Positions 35,259-49,560 of a DNA stretch of 64,000 nucleotides are shown here, one piece after another. The notes beneath the pieces were generated by a model, which saw only the letters and a list, made by a program, of their open reading frames with translations, was not told the DNA's origin and did not search any database. The stretch spans positions 32,240,001 to 32,304,000 of the forward strand of contig NC_043010.1 in NCBI RefSeq assembly GCF_006345805.1, given 5' to 3'. The DNA comes from Octopus sinensis (Eukaryota). Made by a program: the position numbers and the translations under genes. Every line of letters begins with the position of its first letter. Within the stretch, counting starts at the first letter, position 1.

Positions 35259-36398
35259 TCAAGTCATCCTATAAGTTCTGTCTAATTTTCCCTTTTTTAA
35301 AACTGAATGAAATTTAATAGTATTTTAGAATGTCTAATGGAATTAAAAATTATTTTTATGCATTTGTGTACATTTAAACTAATTAAATATTATTTTACAG
35401 AATAATAGAATTAAAATTTCTTTGATTAAAACCCTTTCTAACATGGAAGTATCCAAAGAGCATTTGAGGCACATAATGCTTTATGAGAACAAAAAAGGAA
35501 ACTCTGCAGCCAAGGCAACTCGAAATATACACTCAGATAATGGGAAAGAATGCTTGAATGACAGAACCTGCAGAAGATAATTTGCAAAATTCAGAAGTGG
35601 AAATTTCAGCCTTGAAGATAAAGGTCGAACAGAACGTTCAGTTGAGTTTGAGGATAAGCTCCTTGAGGCATTACTTGAAGAAAATCCTGCATTATCAGTT
35701 GAAGAATTGGCAATAAAGCTTAGCTGAAACCATACAACTGTTCATTGTCATCTTCAACAATTTGGAAAGGTTCCTGAACTTGGAAAATGGGTGCATCAGG
35801 AATTGTCCAAAAGCAACCATAAATCCTGAGTTGACATCTACTCTTCTCTCCATTCTCGCCAACTCATTTCACCCTTTTTGGATAGACTTGTGACTGGTGA
35901 TGAAAAATGTATCTTCTATTGAAATGTTAAATGTCATAAACAGTGGCTTGATAGAAGGGAAAAGGCTCAACCACAACCGAGAAGGGAACTTCATGGGAAA
36001 AAGGTTCTTCTCACTATCTGGTGGGATTGCAAAGGAGTAATTCACTTTGAATTGTTACCACCAAATGCAACAATCGATGCTCAAGTCTACTGTGAGCAAT
36101 TAAAGTGTTTGAACCAAGCTTTGAAGAAAAAAGATCCGCTTTAGTGAATCGAAAAGGAGTGATGTTTCATCAGGAAAATGCGCAACCCCACACTGCAAAG
36201 ATCACATCACAGAAGATCGAAGAGCTTGGTTGGGAAAAAATTCCTCATCCACCTTATTCTCCCGACCTAGCTCCTTCAGACTACCATTTGTTTTGTAGTT
36301 TACAGAATCATATGGGGGACATAACTTTCGCAAGCCAGGAAGAGGTTGAAACTGAACTGACATTTCAGAGTTCTTCGCTTTGAAACCATTCATACAGA
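35259..36398 (+). mobile_element. Mariner DD34D relic, 3' end truncated
   Basis: TA|tcaagtcatcctataagttctg 5' TIR; ATG 35443 MEVSKEHLRHIMLY; LVTGDEK; IWWDCKG; HQENAQPH..HPPYSPDLAPSDYHLF. Confidence 0.9.
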
Positions 36399-36469
36399 GA
36401 TGTAATGGGTTGTCCAGAAAGTTTGTACCGATTTTTAAAGGCAAGAAAAAGGTCAATAAATACTTGGCA

Positions 36470-37190
36470 TTCATCATCATCATCATAATCATTATCATCA
36501 TCATTGTTTAATGTCTGCTTTCCATAGGTTGAACGATTTGACTGAGGTCTGGCGAACCAGATGGCTGCACAAGACTCCAATCTGATCTGGCAGAGTTTCT
36601 ACCACTGGATGCCCTTCCTAACACCAACCACCCCAGTGTAGTGGGTGCTTTTACATGCCACCAGCACGAGAGCCAGTCAGGCGGTACTGGCAACGGCCAC
36701 ACTCAAATGGTGCTTTTTATGTGCCACCTGCACAGAAGCCAGTCCAGTGGTACTGGCAACGACCTCGCTCGAATGTTTTTCACATGCCTCCAGCACAAGT
36801 GCCAGTAAGGCGACACGGTTAACAATCACGCTTGAATGGTATTTTTTATGTGCCATCGGCATGGAGGCCAGCTTGTTGCTCTGGCAACGATCACGCTTGT
36901 ATGGTACTCTTAGTGCTCCATTAGCATGGATGCCAGTCTTCAAATTTGATTTCGATTTCGATTTCACTTGCCTCAACAGGTCTTCGCATGCAGAGTTTAG
37001 TGTCCAATGAAGGAAAGGTACACCCCTGGCATAGGCCACAAGGTTATAGTCTCACTTGCGCTTGCCAAGTCTTCTCAAGCACAGCATATATCCAAAGGTC
37101 CCGGTCACTAGTCATTGCCTCGGTGAGGCCCAATGTTCAAAGGTCATGCTTCACCACCTCATCCCAGGTTTTCCTGGGTCTACCTCTTCA
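36470..37190 (-). mobile_element. 5'-truncated RTE LINE: ORF end + 3'UTR minisatellite + (GAT)n tail
   Basis: Minus frame RGRPRKTWDEVVKHDL*TLGLTEAMTSDRDLW is contiguous with the GAT-tailed repeat family. Confidence 0.88.
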
Positions 37191-38223
37191 GGTTCAGTGT
37201 GTAATGCACCAAAATCTGGATGCCTTAAGACTTCTGTGACTGAAAAAAATGAGATGTTAGTGGCTATGACATTTGTGAAGAGTCCAAAGAAGTTCACACG
37301 ATGTGCTTTCTCTATAACTATCCATACTAAAACATCATTGGAATGCCTAATGCATAAGCTGAAATTAAAACCTTTCTCTCCACAACTGGTACATGGTCTT
37401 TTGGAGGATGACCCAGATTGCTGGCTGCAATTCTGAGAAATGATGCATGACCAAATTGCTAATGAGCAACCAGACTATCTGAATAAGATCATCTGGTCAG
37501 ATGAGGCTTGTTTCAAATTATCTAGTAATGTAAACAGGCATAATTGCGTGTACTGGGCTAATGAAAATCTGCATTTGACTATAGAATCTCAACTGAACCA
37601 GCCTGGCCTTACAGGTTTGGGTTGCACTTTCAAGCAAAGGTGTTATTGGATCCAGTTTCTTTGATAGAACTGTAAATGGAGAGAGCTACTTGGAAATGCT
37701 TCATGACATGGTAGTTCCACAACTCAGAATCAAAGCTAACTCTGATGAACTGTTCTTTCAACAAGAGGGAGCACCTCCACATTATGCATTGACTGTAAGA
37801 GACTACCTTAACCAAGCTTTTCCACAGCTTTGGTTTGGAAGACTGGGCAGCATCGAATGGCCACCACGTTCACCTGACCTGACACCAATGGATTTCTTTT
37901 TAGGGGTGTTATAAAGAACAAGATTAATGAGAAGAATCCCAAAACAGTAAATGAATTAAAAGATTACATTTCTGATGCATTCACTGAAATTGACGGATAT
38001 CTGAATTTGTGCCACACTGTGTGTCAGAGTGTTCTGAAGAGGTTTGAAGAATGTTGCAATGTTGAAGGAGGATATTTTGAGCATCTGAGAGATTAAACAT
38101 TGTCTGTTTAAGATGTGCATAAATAATATGATTGTAAGATAGAAATTTTAATGTAATAAAATGTTTTAAAAGAAATTTGAAGTGCGTACATGATAACTGT
38201 AAACCTATTTTTAGACCACCCTG
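37191..38223 (+). mobile_element. Tc1/mariner rosa (DD41D) transposon relic, 5' end missing
   Basis: IIWSDEACFKL..VNRHNCVYWANEN; QQEGAPPH..WPPRSPDLTPMD with 41 residues between the 2nd and 3rd catalytic positions; 3' end ttagaccaccctg|TA. Confidence 0.85.
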
Positions 38224-38250
38224 TATATATATATATATATATATTCCATT

Positions 38251-38552
38251 TCGCGACCGTTGCCAGTGCCGCCCCGACTGGCCTCATGCCGGTGGCACGT
38301 AAAAAGCACCATCCGTTCGTGTCCGTTGCCAGCCTCGCCTGGCCCTCGTGTCTGGCACCTGTGCGGGTGGCACGTAAAAAGCACCCACTACACTCACGGA
38401 GTGGTTGGCGTTAGGAAGGGCATCCAGCCGTAGAAACACTGCCAGATTTGACTGGGCCTGATGAAGCCTTCTGGCTTCACAGACCCCAGTAGAACCGTCC
38501 AACCCATGCTAGCATGGAAAACGGACGCTAAACGATGATGATGATGATGATG
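38251..38552 (+). mobile_element. RTE 3'UTR, young
   Basis: CpG-rich, ~60-bp repeat units, ggcgttaggaagggcatccagccg, (GAT)n tail. Confidence 0.88.
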
Positions 38553-39764
38553 ATATATATATATATATATATAGGACATGAAGGGTTTAGTTCACGGGTG
38601 ATCTAAACAAATAGGTATGCTGAGTAAGTGTTATAATTGGTCATCTGTTAGGTTCCAATGTCCTTTTCTCCTAATGTGTGTGTGTGTGTATTTGTGTATG
38701 TATGTATGTATGTATGTATTAGTAAAAAGTAAGGGATTACCCCAGAATGATTACCAGTTTGCTCTCAGTTAGGCATTCAAAATATGTTATTCAACAGTTA
38801 ACATATAAGTCCAATAAAGTTCTTATAAAGTAAGAAATTACTTGAATATTCTGTTAGATAATTCTGAATATATTTCCTTGACTCTGTAGGTTCCCTGGAG
38901 TATAAATATTGACAATATTAATAGTAAGAATTATTCGGAAGTAACAATAGCATTACCTTTAATTCTATAATTATATACTGCCTCTTAAGACTAACACGTG
39001 TTTCATTTGCATTGATTAGTAATTGTTGCAATTGCAACCCTATTATAAAAGGGTGTAGAGTCTTCAGGGTCTTAACTTAACTCAGTATGGCTGTTTAATG
39101 ATTTTCTATTGTAAATTCTGCATTGCATAATGTAGAGTTGTTCATTAAGTCAGACGCGAACAATCTTTATTTCCAGTTCTTATTGAATAATCATCTTCAA
39201 TCCATCATTTCAAAGAGAAGATTACATAACACACCACACACACGCATGCATGCATGAGCACATACAGACACATGTACATAAACACATAGGTACATAGACA
39301 CATTATATACATGCATGCAATTAGGCATCCATGCTTACACCTATAGAGACACATACATATATGCAAACCGAAAAATAGGTAGAGGTACATTATCAAACAC
39401 ACAGGTATATTAAGAATAATGAAACATTTGGAGAAAGAGAAGAGAAAATTGAAAGTAAAATTATTGTTTTTCTTTGTTTCAGTTGATCTTCACAGACGTG
39501 AAGAATAAACAGATCTTTCTGACCTACAATGAAGCTGAGCATATGATACGAGTTTCCATAGATTTTACACCCAACAGAATTGTACTGCACCCAACTATGG
39601 AAGACTGGGTTCTTGGGTATGATTTGAAAGCTGGAAAGGTAAGAATTGTTTACACAGTTTGTCATTACTGTCAACATCATCATTTCCTCATCACCACCAT
39701 TGTTGTCAATATCATCATCACTCTCATCATCATCATCATCACTATTATCCCTTTCATCAAAATC

Positions 39765-40655
39765 AAAATCTCGGTTGTTAATTGCAAGTTCACTCATCAT
39801 TTCATCCAGTTGGTTGATGTATACATGTGCTGTAATTGACTTACCAGACCTCATGATGCTTTTATGGATAACACCAGCACTGGACCACCAAACAGACACC
39901 ATTAGCCTTTCCTGGTGAATATTCTTACTTGGATTGTGTTTTGGCACTTTGTCTCTACCCAACAAATGTGCAGAACGCTTGCTATTGTAAAAAGAAATCC
40001 ATTTCTTCATCACATGTAACAATACGATGCAAAAATGGTTCACTTTTATGCTGTGACAGCAAAGAACAGCAAGTTTCAAAACATGTCATTTGGTGCTTGT
40101 TCAGTTCATGTGGTACTCACTTGTCCAGCTTCTTTACCTTGCTGATTTATTTCAAATGGTCCAATACAGTTGGAATCAAAACATAAAACCTTGCTGCTAA
40201 CTCACACATAGTTTGAGATGTATCTGCTTTCACTACAGTTTCCAGCTCATCATTATCCACCTTGGTCTCAGGTCTACCACAGGGCTGATTTTCAAGAGTA
40301 AAGTCACTAAACCGGAACTTCTCAAACCATGGTTGTACAGTGTTCTCATTTGCACCATCTTCACCAAACACCTCATTCATGTTTTGAGCTGTCTGAGATG
40401 GATGCATTGTTTCCATGACGGAACTCATATTCATAAACAACAGGAATTTTTTTTATCTATCCATGGGTTCACAATAATTGATTTACAAGAGAAAACTCAC
40501 AACATAATCAGAGACTATGAATTGCATTTTGAAAAGTGATGATGTAACTTTTTAATGTTGTAAAACAAAGAATTGTCAGGATAAGACATTAGAGTTGACA
40601 ACTGTCAAACTTGGTGCATAAGAAAATTGGACATTTCATTGTTAATGACCTGATA
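39765..40655 (-). mobile_element. Mariner relic, 3'-truncated
   Basis: NEVFGEDGANENTVQPWFEKFR..CGRP; RIVTCDEKWI; LMVSVWWSSAGVIH; putative TIR start tatcaggtcatt at about 40655. Confidence 0.85.
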
Positions 40656-40693
40656 CAAATAGGAACAATGCAATAACAGAATATATTTAGAAA

Positions 40694-40748
<55 letters not shown>

Positions 40749-42879
40749 GTAAAGGTATAATATAAAGATAAGGTATCAATCTAACTAGAAACAGGAAAAA
40801 ATAGATGGAAAAGTCATTTATGCTTCAAGTCTGCACTCTTCTTCTGTAAGAAAGAATAGATAAGGATACCAACATTTTACCACTGACAATGTCTTTTCTA
40901 TCTTCTCCTTTTTCCTTTCCTCACTTTTTTCTTTTCTTTCCTTTCAGTCTTTTTTTTTCTCTTCATTTTATCAATTTCCATCTTCTATGGTTTTTGAAGA
41001 TATAACTTCTATCAGGTTTAAAGCTGTTATATTTGTAATGCATGATATACAACAAATTCATTAAATTATCTTAATTAACTCTAATGATACAATAGCTAAA
41101 ACATAACGGCCTTGATGTAACAAAAGATTGAACAAAATAAATTTATTTTCAACATTGTAAGTTTTAATTGTAGATTTCTTTGGTCGTATGAGCAAGATAA
41201 TCTATCTAACAATCTCTCTCTTTCTCTCTCTTCTTCTGTGTGTATGTATATATAGTCAGTCACACAGATGGTTGACATGGCATTGGGCACAACCAAATAA
41301 GTCAGGTGTGTGTGTAACCATGCAACTGATTTAGACACTTAACCTTCAACTAATTGAATCTTTCTTGATGTAAATAGATACACATCATAGAATAGGACCA
41401 GCTAACTGTTATAATAGTAGTGTTGTACAACTGAGCAGCTTTGTTGGTGGATATACGAAGACACATACATCTATATGTAAATTGATGTGAGCATTCATGT
41501 ATAATTATGTTATAGAATGATTGCTTCAAATGCATGTGTATATATGCAAATGTGTGTATATGCATGTATGATTTGTATGCAGTCTCTATACTTCTGTCTT
41601 TCCAAGGACTTATCAGCCTCTCTAGTGCTGATGCCACAATAAAATACATCTAATACACTGTGTAAAGTGGTTCATGATAGGGAAGGCATTCACTTGTAGA
41701 AACTAAACCAAATGACATGCACAAGTACTAGTCAATGAGCGCAGTAGCTCTCAATAAGAGATTATTTGAACTGTGACCATCCATCTGAACCATGCTAGCA
41801 TGGAAAGTAGATGTAAAATGATGGTATTCCTACACTATGCACACTGTTTAGCTCCATCCACAAGTATTTACTCACAAAGTTTTTGTCACCCAGTGTGTAT
41901 GTGTATGCACGTGTGTGTGCATGTGTGTGTGCGCGCATGTGTGTGTATACAATTATGTGTTTCATAACATTGCCTGAAATTGGGCATGGTCTCAGAGTGA
42001 CAAAAGTTTTTGTGAGTGCCATTGAGTAGATGGAAACTGTTGCAGCTAATCTGGTGGACTGTAACTTTGAAGTCAAAGGGTTAGTTTTGTTGCACAATGT
42101 GTCATTCTGATTCGACTTGAGTATTGCATTAAAGGTACAAATATGCATGAAATGCTCAGCTACTCATGTTATAATTTAATGAATAAGCTGTTTTGTTGAC
42201 CGAGCAACCAGGAATAGCCATCATTAAAACAGATGGAAGTTCTGTCATTTTTGTTTTCTTTTTTTTGTTTGTTTTTACAATTATGTTTCCACACATATAT
42301 ATGCCTATGGTATATCTATGTGTCTCCACACATACGTGATTCATATGACTTCACACAAAGACACACATACATCTGCATACATTTAATGTGTGTGTGTTTG
42401 TGTGTGTATGTCTCTTTTTTCCTATATATGTATACATATCTGTACTTACACATCACTAAATTCATCTATACACTGAGATACACATATACTGTCACACATT
42501 TATTGTAAATATGTGTGTGTGAGCCTCTCTGTATTTATGTATGCATATGTAACTGTACATACACATAACTAAGTTCAACTTCACCGATATACAAATACAC
42601 CACTACACATTTAATATATATGTGTGTGTATGTGTGTATGCCACTGAGTACCTGTGTGAGTGTAAATACATAGTATTAGTGAGCAAGTCTATGTAGCCAT
42701 GATGTGAAACTAATTGGATTTGTTACCGTGTGTTAATTCCACTGAACAGATAATTTCCAGCTGTTAGATTCAACTCCAACTTCTATCACTGACAACACAC
42801 CATCAACCATTAAATGCTGTACCTCTAACACTTAATGGATTGAGGTTCAATACCTACTGGGGCTTTCATTTAATTAGTA

Positions 42880-43130
42880 CTGCTGCTGTTGTTATTGTTG
42901 TTGATATTGTTGCTGTTGTTGAAATCAGGGTGGCAGTGGGGTTGATGATGGGAGCAATGATGGACAGCGATGATAGGAGTGAGGGTGATAATGGTAGCAA
43001 TGATGATGCTGGTAGTGATGGTTATCTTCATGATGGTGGCGGTGGTGGTGATAGATAGGGTAATGATGATGGATATGGTGATGATGGTGAAGATGGTGAT
43101 CATGAACTGCTGTTGTTGTTACCACTGCTG
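42880..43130. repeat. Degenerate (GAT)n/(GGT)n tract
   Basis: Directly visible. Confidence 0.85.
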
Positions 43131-43479
43131 TAGTGTGACATGAGCCGAGAGAATGACGACTGACAACCTGCAGTTAATGGTAGTGGGGGATGGGTAGATG
43201 GATGGAGGTGTAGAAGAGTCAAGATGTTAACTCGTTAGATGAGACTAATAGGTAGAGAGTGGTGGGAAATGGTAGGAAGTGGAGGAGTGATGGTAGCTTG
43301 AGACAATGCAGGGTATTAGTGTGAAAGTATTCATGTGTGCTTATAGATGTATATGTTAGTTTTTGTGTACATGTCATATTAGCATATGTGTTTGTACGCA
43401 TATATATATATGTATATATTTATATATGTGTGTGTATGCATTTATGTGTATGTATGTATATGCATATATTATATATATA

Positions 43480-43884
<405 letters not shown>

Positions 43885-44075
43885 TATAACGATGAATAGC
43901 TAACGCGAAAACCAATAATGACCTTTTTGACTAGTAATACTCTAAATGTATATATTTGTCACTACCTGTCATAAATAGCCTTTTTATATCTACAATATGA
44001 ATTTTCGTTGATTTTTCATATTTTACCCTTACATTTCCACATGTATTTTATATTTTTTTCAAAACATATTTCTAC

Positions 44076-44145
<70 letters not shown>

Positions 44146-44174
44146 TAAATAGATATATATACATATATACATGT

Positions 44175-44620
44175 CTGGCAACCGTGTCGGTGGCACGTAA
44201 AAGCACCATCCGTTCGCGTCCGTTGCCAGCCTCGGCTGGCCCCCGTGCCGGTGACACGTAAAAGCACCATCCATTTCGTGGCCGTTTGCCAGCTCTGTCT
44301 GGCCCCGTGTCGGTGGCACGTAAAAGCACCATCTGTTCGTGTTCGTTGTCAGCCTCGGCTGGCCCCCGTGCCGGTGACACGTAAAAGCACCGTCCGTTCG
44401 TGGCCGTTCGCCAGCTCTGTCTGGCACCTGTGCAGGTGGCACGTAAAAAACACCCACTACACTCGCGGAGTGGTTGGCGTTAGGAAGGGCATCCAGCCGT
44501 AGAAACACTGCCAGATCTGACTGGGCCTGACGAAGCCTTCCAGCCTCACAGACCCCAGTTGACCCGTCCAACCCATGCTAGCATGGAAAGCGGACGCTAA
44601 ATGATGATGATGATGATGAT
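44175..44620 (+). mobile_element. RTE 3'UTR with expanded alternating 61/62-bp minisatellite
   Basis: Anchors g(g/a)cacgtaaaa at 44192, 44253, 44315, 44376, 44438; (GAT)n tail. Confidence 0.88.
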
Positions 44621-46419
44621 ATTATGTATGTATTTTAATCTTTTATTCTTTTAGCTAGTTTCATTCATTGGAGTACTGCCTTGAGGACTTATTTTCAAAT
44701 TTGGTATTTATGCCATTGGTCACCTTCAGGTGAACTTTTAAGTTGCATGGATTTAAATACTCAGCTACATGAAATTCTTCTGTCTTTTTTCCCCTATAAA
44801 TCAGTATACATCTCCGTTTGAACAGGCATCTTTTTCTACAAAAAAAGAGAAAGATTGGGCTAGAAGCTAGCAATCTCTTCTCACAGATGAACTGATATGT
44901 TATTGGAACTGTCTAAGGTTGGGTCAATGTCCAGACAGTCAGTACATAACAGAAATAGATTAAAAGGAAAAAAAATCCATAAAAAAACAAGAGTTAACTT
45001 ATCATTATCATATATAATTCAAGAAGCAGTAAAATGTTGACTTGAAGTAAATATATAATGAAAAATTAAAAGAAAGAAAAAGGTGCTTCTATAATTAATA
45101 TTATTTCCATTGTCTTCATATTTGCTAAAGTAGTGATAAATTAATTACTAAATAAATATACTAGGCTATGAAAGAAAATATAATTATTTAGTAATAAAGT
45201 ATTTTTGAGATGCCAGTCAGTTAAAAATCTAAAGGGATTTAATGAAAGGCACAGTATTAAAAAGCTGACATCTCACTGCATAGTTATTTCTAGCTTGATT
45301 TTTGGAAGCTCTCTGAATTGAATATGTAATCACCAATGTACATTTGGTATTTATGCAAAGTTCACTGTTGATAATGAACATCTACTATCCATGTTTCTCT
45401 GCCATGCTAATCTCATAATTCTTCTAGTCTCTTACTTCTTACACCTGCCTCTTAGAATTTACCATTACCAAAGAGATAATAAGCTCTTTGTTAGTGAATG
45501 AGGTAACAGCTCCTTGAACTTTTTCCATTCCATTCTGGCTTTGCTGGCAAGACTTTCAGAAGAGTTTTTGTAATGTTTAAAAGTCTTTGCAATGAATATG
45601 GGGAAATAGGAAGAGAGATAGTGACTTTGAAATATGTATAGCGATGTAATAAGGAAAGAGATTATGACTTTGAAATACGTGTTAGAGCAAATCTAATAGA
45701 GATTATTGATAGGAATGAGAACCAGCTACTAGTCTGAACATCTCAAATAGAGAATATAGCAGCGTCATTTTCAAAGAAATTGGTTTCTAGCTATGTCATT
45801 ATGAAAGAGACAATATCCAATAATGATTTACCCAAGTCTGGATAGAGAATTCAGAATTATTTGATACCTGCTGTGATATGAAATGTCATGTAATGTCTTA
45901 TATAGTTTGAGATGAGTAGTATTATTTTGTATCAGATTACTGTAATATAGATATTGAAAGAACAACAATGATAATAATAATAATGTTCATTTTAATGGAT
46001 ACAAAAGTTCTGAGATGTTTGGGGCATCAGTATAAGTAGTTGGGGCTTATACACAATGAAAGAATGAAAACACTGACAAAACCAACAATAATAATTCTTT
46101 CTACTAAAAACTACTAATAACCAACAATAACAACAAGAACAATCAGAAATGGACAACAATCGATAATAATAAAAATAATCTCTCCAGTATTGGCCACAAG
46201 GGCAAAAATTCATACGAAAAGCTATGAAGCTTTTACTACGGTTTACAAAAGGAAAACATGATATGAAGTGAGGTTAAAATGCATTTACGAATGAAGTGGA
46301 TGTGTAAAAAATGTTATACAAAATATATTTTAAATACACATATGCATACATTATGCACACATACATATATACATGTGTGTGTGTGTGTGTATTATTATGA
46401 TTATTATCATTACTGTTAA

Positions 46420-46620
46420 GGCAGCAAGCTGGCAGAATCTTTAGTACGCTGGACATTGCCTTTACATTCTGAGTTCAAACTACACTGAAGTTGACATTGC
46501 CTATCATCCTTTTGAGGTCAATAAAATAAGTACCAGTTGAGCTCTGGGGTCGATCTAATTGACTTTCTCCCTCTCCCAAAATTGCTGGCCTTGTGCCAAA
46601 ATTTGATACCATTATTATTA
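46420..46620 (+). mobile_element. SINE family A, diverged
   Basis: gcagcaagctggcagaatc..ctgagttcaaa..ttgacattgcctatcatcc..taagtaccagttgag. Confidence 0.7.
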
Positions 46621-46624
46621 TTGT

Positions 46625-47170
46625 GTGAGAGAGCAGCACATGCCATCAAAATGCCACTGGGGTACAAATATACAAAGCCCAATATATGCATCATGACTAC
46701 CCATCAGATAAGGGAACACTAGGCACATGCATCACAACCATATGTGCACAGTATGGCGTTCTCATGTCAAGATAAACAGTGCATGACCTTGCAGGTGAGG
46801 CTCAGTTAGAATTTTCTTCAGGTTCAGTAGTTCATCCCACTCAAAAGGTCTATGAATAAGTTTTAGGATGATGAATGAAACACCCATGTTTCCAGTGGCG
46901 AATTATTCAAACCCCAAAGAATTCCTCCCAATACATGGCTGTGATGCTTCCTACTACTTCAGCTCATGATCAGAGATGCTCATTTTGTCAGCCACTAAGG
47001 CACATGCTAAGCTGGTTAAGGTCAAACAACTGACAAGTAACACTGTGGTATTGAACAGATATATTTGCTGTAGCCCATCTTTTACACCAAGATAAAACAA
47101 GTACATGATAACACTTCCAATCAGTTAAGATCAAATGCCATGAGAGCCACTGCCTGATACTGCATCAGGG
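46625..47170. repeat. Unclassified interspersed repeat-like segment
   Basis: Resembles a repeat I recall from octopus sequence; no second copy in the window and no coding signature. Confidence 0.3.
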
Positions 47171-47204
47171 CATTATTATTATTATTATTGTTGTTGTTGT
47201 TATC

Positions 47205-47510
47205 ATGAGGGTACATGGCCTAGTGTTTAGGGTGCTGCACTCATGAACTAGTGATCAGGATTTCAATTCCTAGACTGAGTGATGTGGTATGTTCATGAGC
47301 AAAACTCTTCATTTCAAGTTGCTTTGTGATCACTTCAACACCTGAAGTGTGGTACTCTGTGCACCTGTTCAGACAACTTCAGTTTGATGGAGAAAGTGAG
47401 CTAACATGTGGCAGGAACTTTTGATCACTATAAATAAATCATTTGTGCAGGTTGTTCAGCAAAAAGCTGAACACTCATACATCGTCTTGGATTGAGGAGT
47501 CCATCATTGT
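47205..47510 (+). mobile_element. tRNA-derived SINE family E
   Basis: gagggtacatggcctagtg head like 53178; body shared with 16190. Confidence 0.65.
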
Positions 47511-48904
47511 TAGGTAGAAATCTTGCAGAATCATTTCATAAATCCATTTTGACACCACCAGCACCCCACCGACTACAGGTCACTTTTTGTTAATTCTGCT
47601 TTGACAATTCTCCCATGTTGCGATGTATATGTTTTGTACATCTCTTAATGTCACTCTTGTTTCTTCCTGTGCTGGGCACAAATATATACTCAGAAGTATG
47701 TCTGACAATTTCAGTATTTTGGTTGTGTCTTCAGTTTTAAAACTACAGCAGATAGTGCCATCACATTTGCCACTTGCCATTTTCAGTTTAGAGAACTTCT
47801 CTTGATATGTCCTGGGGAACCTTTTGTACTTCTCAGTGCGAGGGAATAAATAGTTCTCCTATTTTTTTGTAAACAGAAATATATGATTTTTCTCTTTGTT
47901 CTCTCCTGCATTAGCTCTTGTGGTAAAGAAATGTAGTTTGGTTTCACAAAATTCTCACAGTTTCTTCTTCTAACTGTGATAGACTAGAAATTCCATTAGT
48001 TTATTTTTAATTGAAATCTGTTATATGAATGACCTGCAGTATTTGACTTTGTGTAAAGAGTTGCTATGGCTGTTTGTTAAAGCAGCTAGCTAACAGAATC
48101 ACTAGAGTATCAGAAAAAATATACTTTGGTATATTTATTCCAATTCTTCACATTCTAAGTTCAGATCTTGCTCAGGTCAACTTTTCCTTTCACCCTTTCT
48201 GGGTTGATAAAATAAAGTACCAGCCAAGTACTGGGTCAATGGTATTGCCTACACAGCCTGTCCTCAAAATTGCTAGCTTTGTGCCTAAACTAGAGATCAT
48301 TATTACTACTGCTCTCATAAATATAGCATATTTGAGTATTTGGGGCATTTTCTTCTATTAATTGTTCACTAAACTTCTTCCCTTGTGCATTTGGTTGTGT
48401 TCTGGTTTTGTGTTGTCTTTTCTGTTATTGTTGTGTTCAGTCTTGTAACATAATTGTATTTGGTAGTCATTATAGGTGTGATGGCATAATTTGAAACAAA
48501 CCTTTTTCCTTCTGTTGTCTGAACTCCTGTAACAAGGGTAGATCTTTCTTAGGTAATTATCTTTCTTTTTACAAATACTTCAATGAAAATTTCATTCGGT
48601 AATATTTGACGAGACCATGCTTTGAAGAGAAAGTCACAAATGCATCTTCACATTATGTGAATCAAATACAATAATAAATATTCTTTCAAATTTTGGTACA
48701 AGGTTGGTGCTTGACTGGTACTTATTTTATCATCAACCCTGAAAAGAGGAAAGGTAATATTGACTTTGGTGGAATCTGAACTCAGAATACAAAGAGCTGG
48801 AAGTAATGCCGAACAGTAATTTGTCTGGTGTGCTAGTGACTCTACCAGTTCACTACCTCAATAATAATAATGATGAAGATGACGCCGCCGCCGACAATCT
48901 TTTC

Positions 48905-49100
48905 TGCTCTAGGTACAAGGCCTGAAATTTGGGGAAGGGGGATAGGTGATTACATTGATCCCAGTGTTCCACTGGTGCTTAATTTATCAACCCCAAAGGT
49001 AAAGTCGACCTCACCAGAATTTGAACTCAGAATGTTGTGACAGGCGAAATACCACTAAGCATTTCACCCAGCATGCTTACAGTTCTGCCAGCTCGCCACC
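48905..49100 (-). mobile_element. SINE family A variant
   Basis: aaagtcgacctcaccagaatttgaactcagaa..ttctgccagctcgccacc is the reverse complement of the family A head. Confidence 0.8.
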
Positions 49101-49329
49101 TTAATAATAATAGTAATGATAATAATAATCATAATAATGATGATGATGATGATGATGACAGTGTTTTTTTATTTATTGACTGACATGTAAATATTACAGA
49201 GACAAATCCCCCCCCCCCAAAAAAAAATGAAGATGTCTGTTAATAGACATGAATAATAAAAGTATAAAAATAAATTAAATTAAACATCTTGTATAAGTGG
49301 ATGGAATTGCAATGGTCAGGGAACTTTAC

Positions 49330-49560
49330 AGATTCTGTATTACTGCTACTACCAGAGTTACATATCCTTTCCAAACTGTGTTGTCCTGTCTCCAGACATT
49401 TTCATGAAGTAGGGTCCATTCACACATGCTATACTTACCGTTCACCCTTATATTTCAGCAGATTTATTGGAGAGCAACACCTCTTTCTCCACCCTCATTT
49501 CTATAACTTTATCTCCACTTGAGTCCAACCTCTCTCTCTGCTTTCACCCCACTCTCAATG
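49330..49560 (+). mobile_element. Highly decayed PLE endonuclease C-terminal fragment
   Basis: PVSRHF..EQHLFL resembles the PVAxHF..EQxLI end of PLE GIY-YIG. Confidence 0.3.

Noticed and set aside
44175-44460. CRISPR-like array (constant GGCACGTAAAAGCACC core with intervening sequence)
   Set aside because: The intervening segments are homologous to each other, the context is a eukaryotic LINE 3'UTR, and no cas genes are present.
44873-44925. Possible 31-nt micro-exon (tctcttctcacag|ATGAACTG...CTAAG|gttggg)
   Set aside because: Weak donor, no recognisable peptide and no partner exons; needs RNA-seq.
45330-45960. Decayed CR1/L2-like RT on minus (MEKVQGAVT; FHNDI)
   Set aside because: Only fragmentary resemblance with many stops; cannot be supported.
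47580-47900. Decayed LINE AP-endonuclease-like fragment on minus
   Set aside because: Motifs too degenerate to assign.
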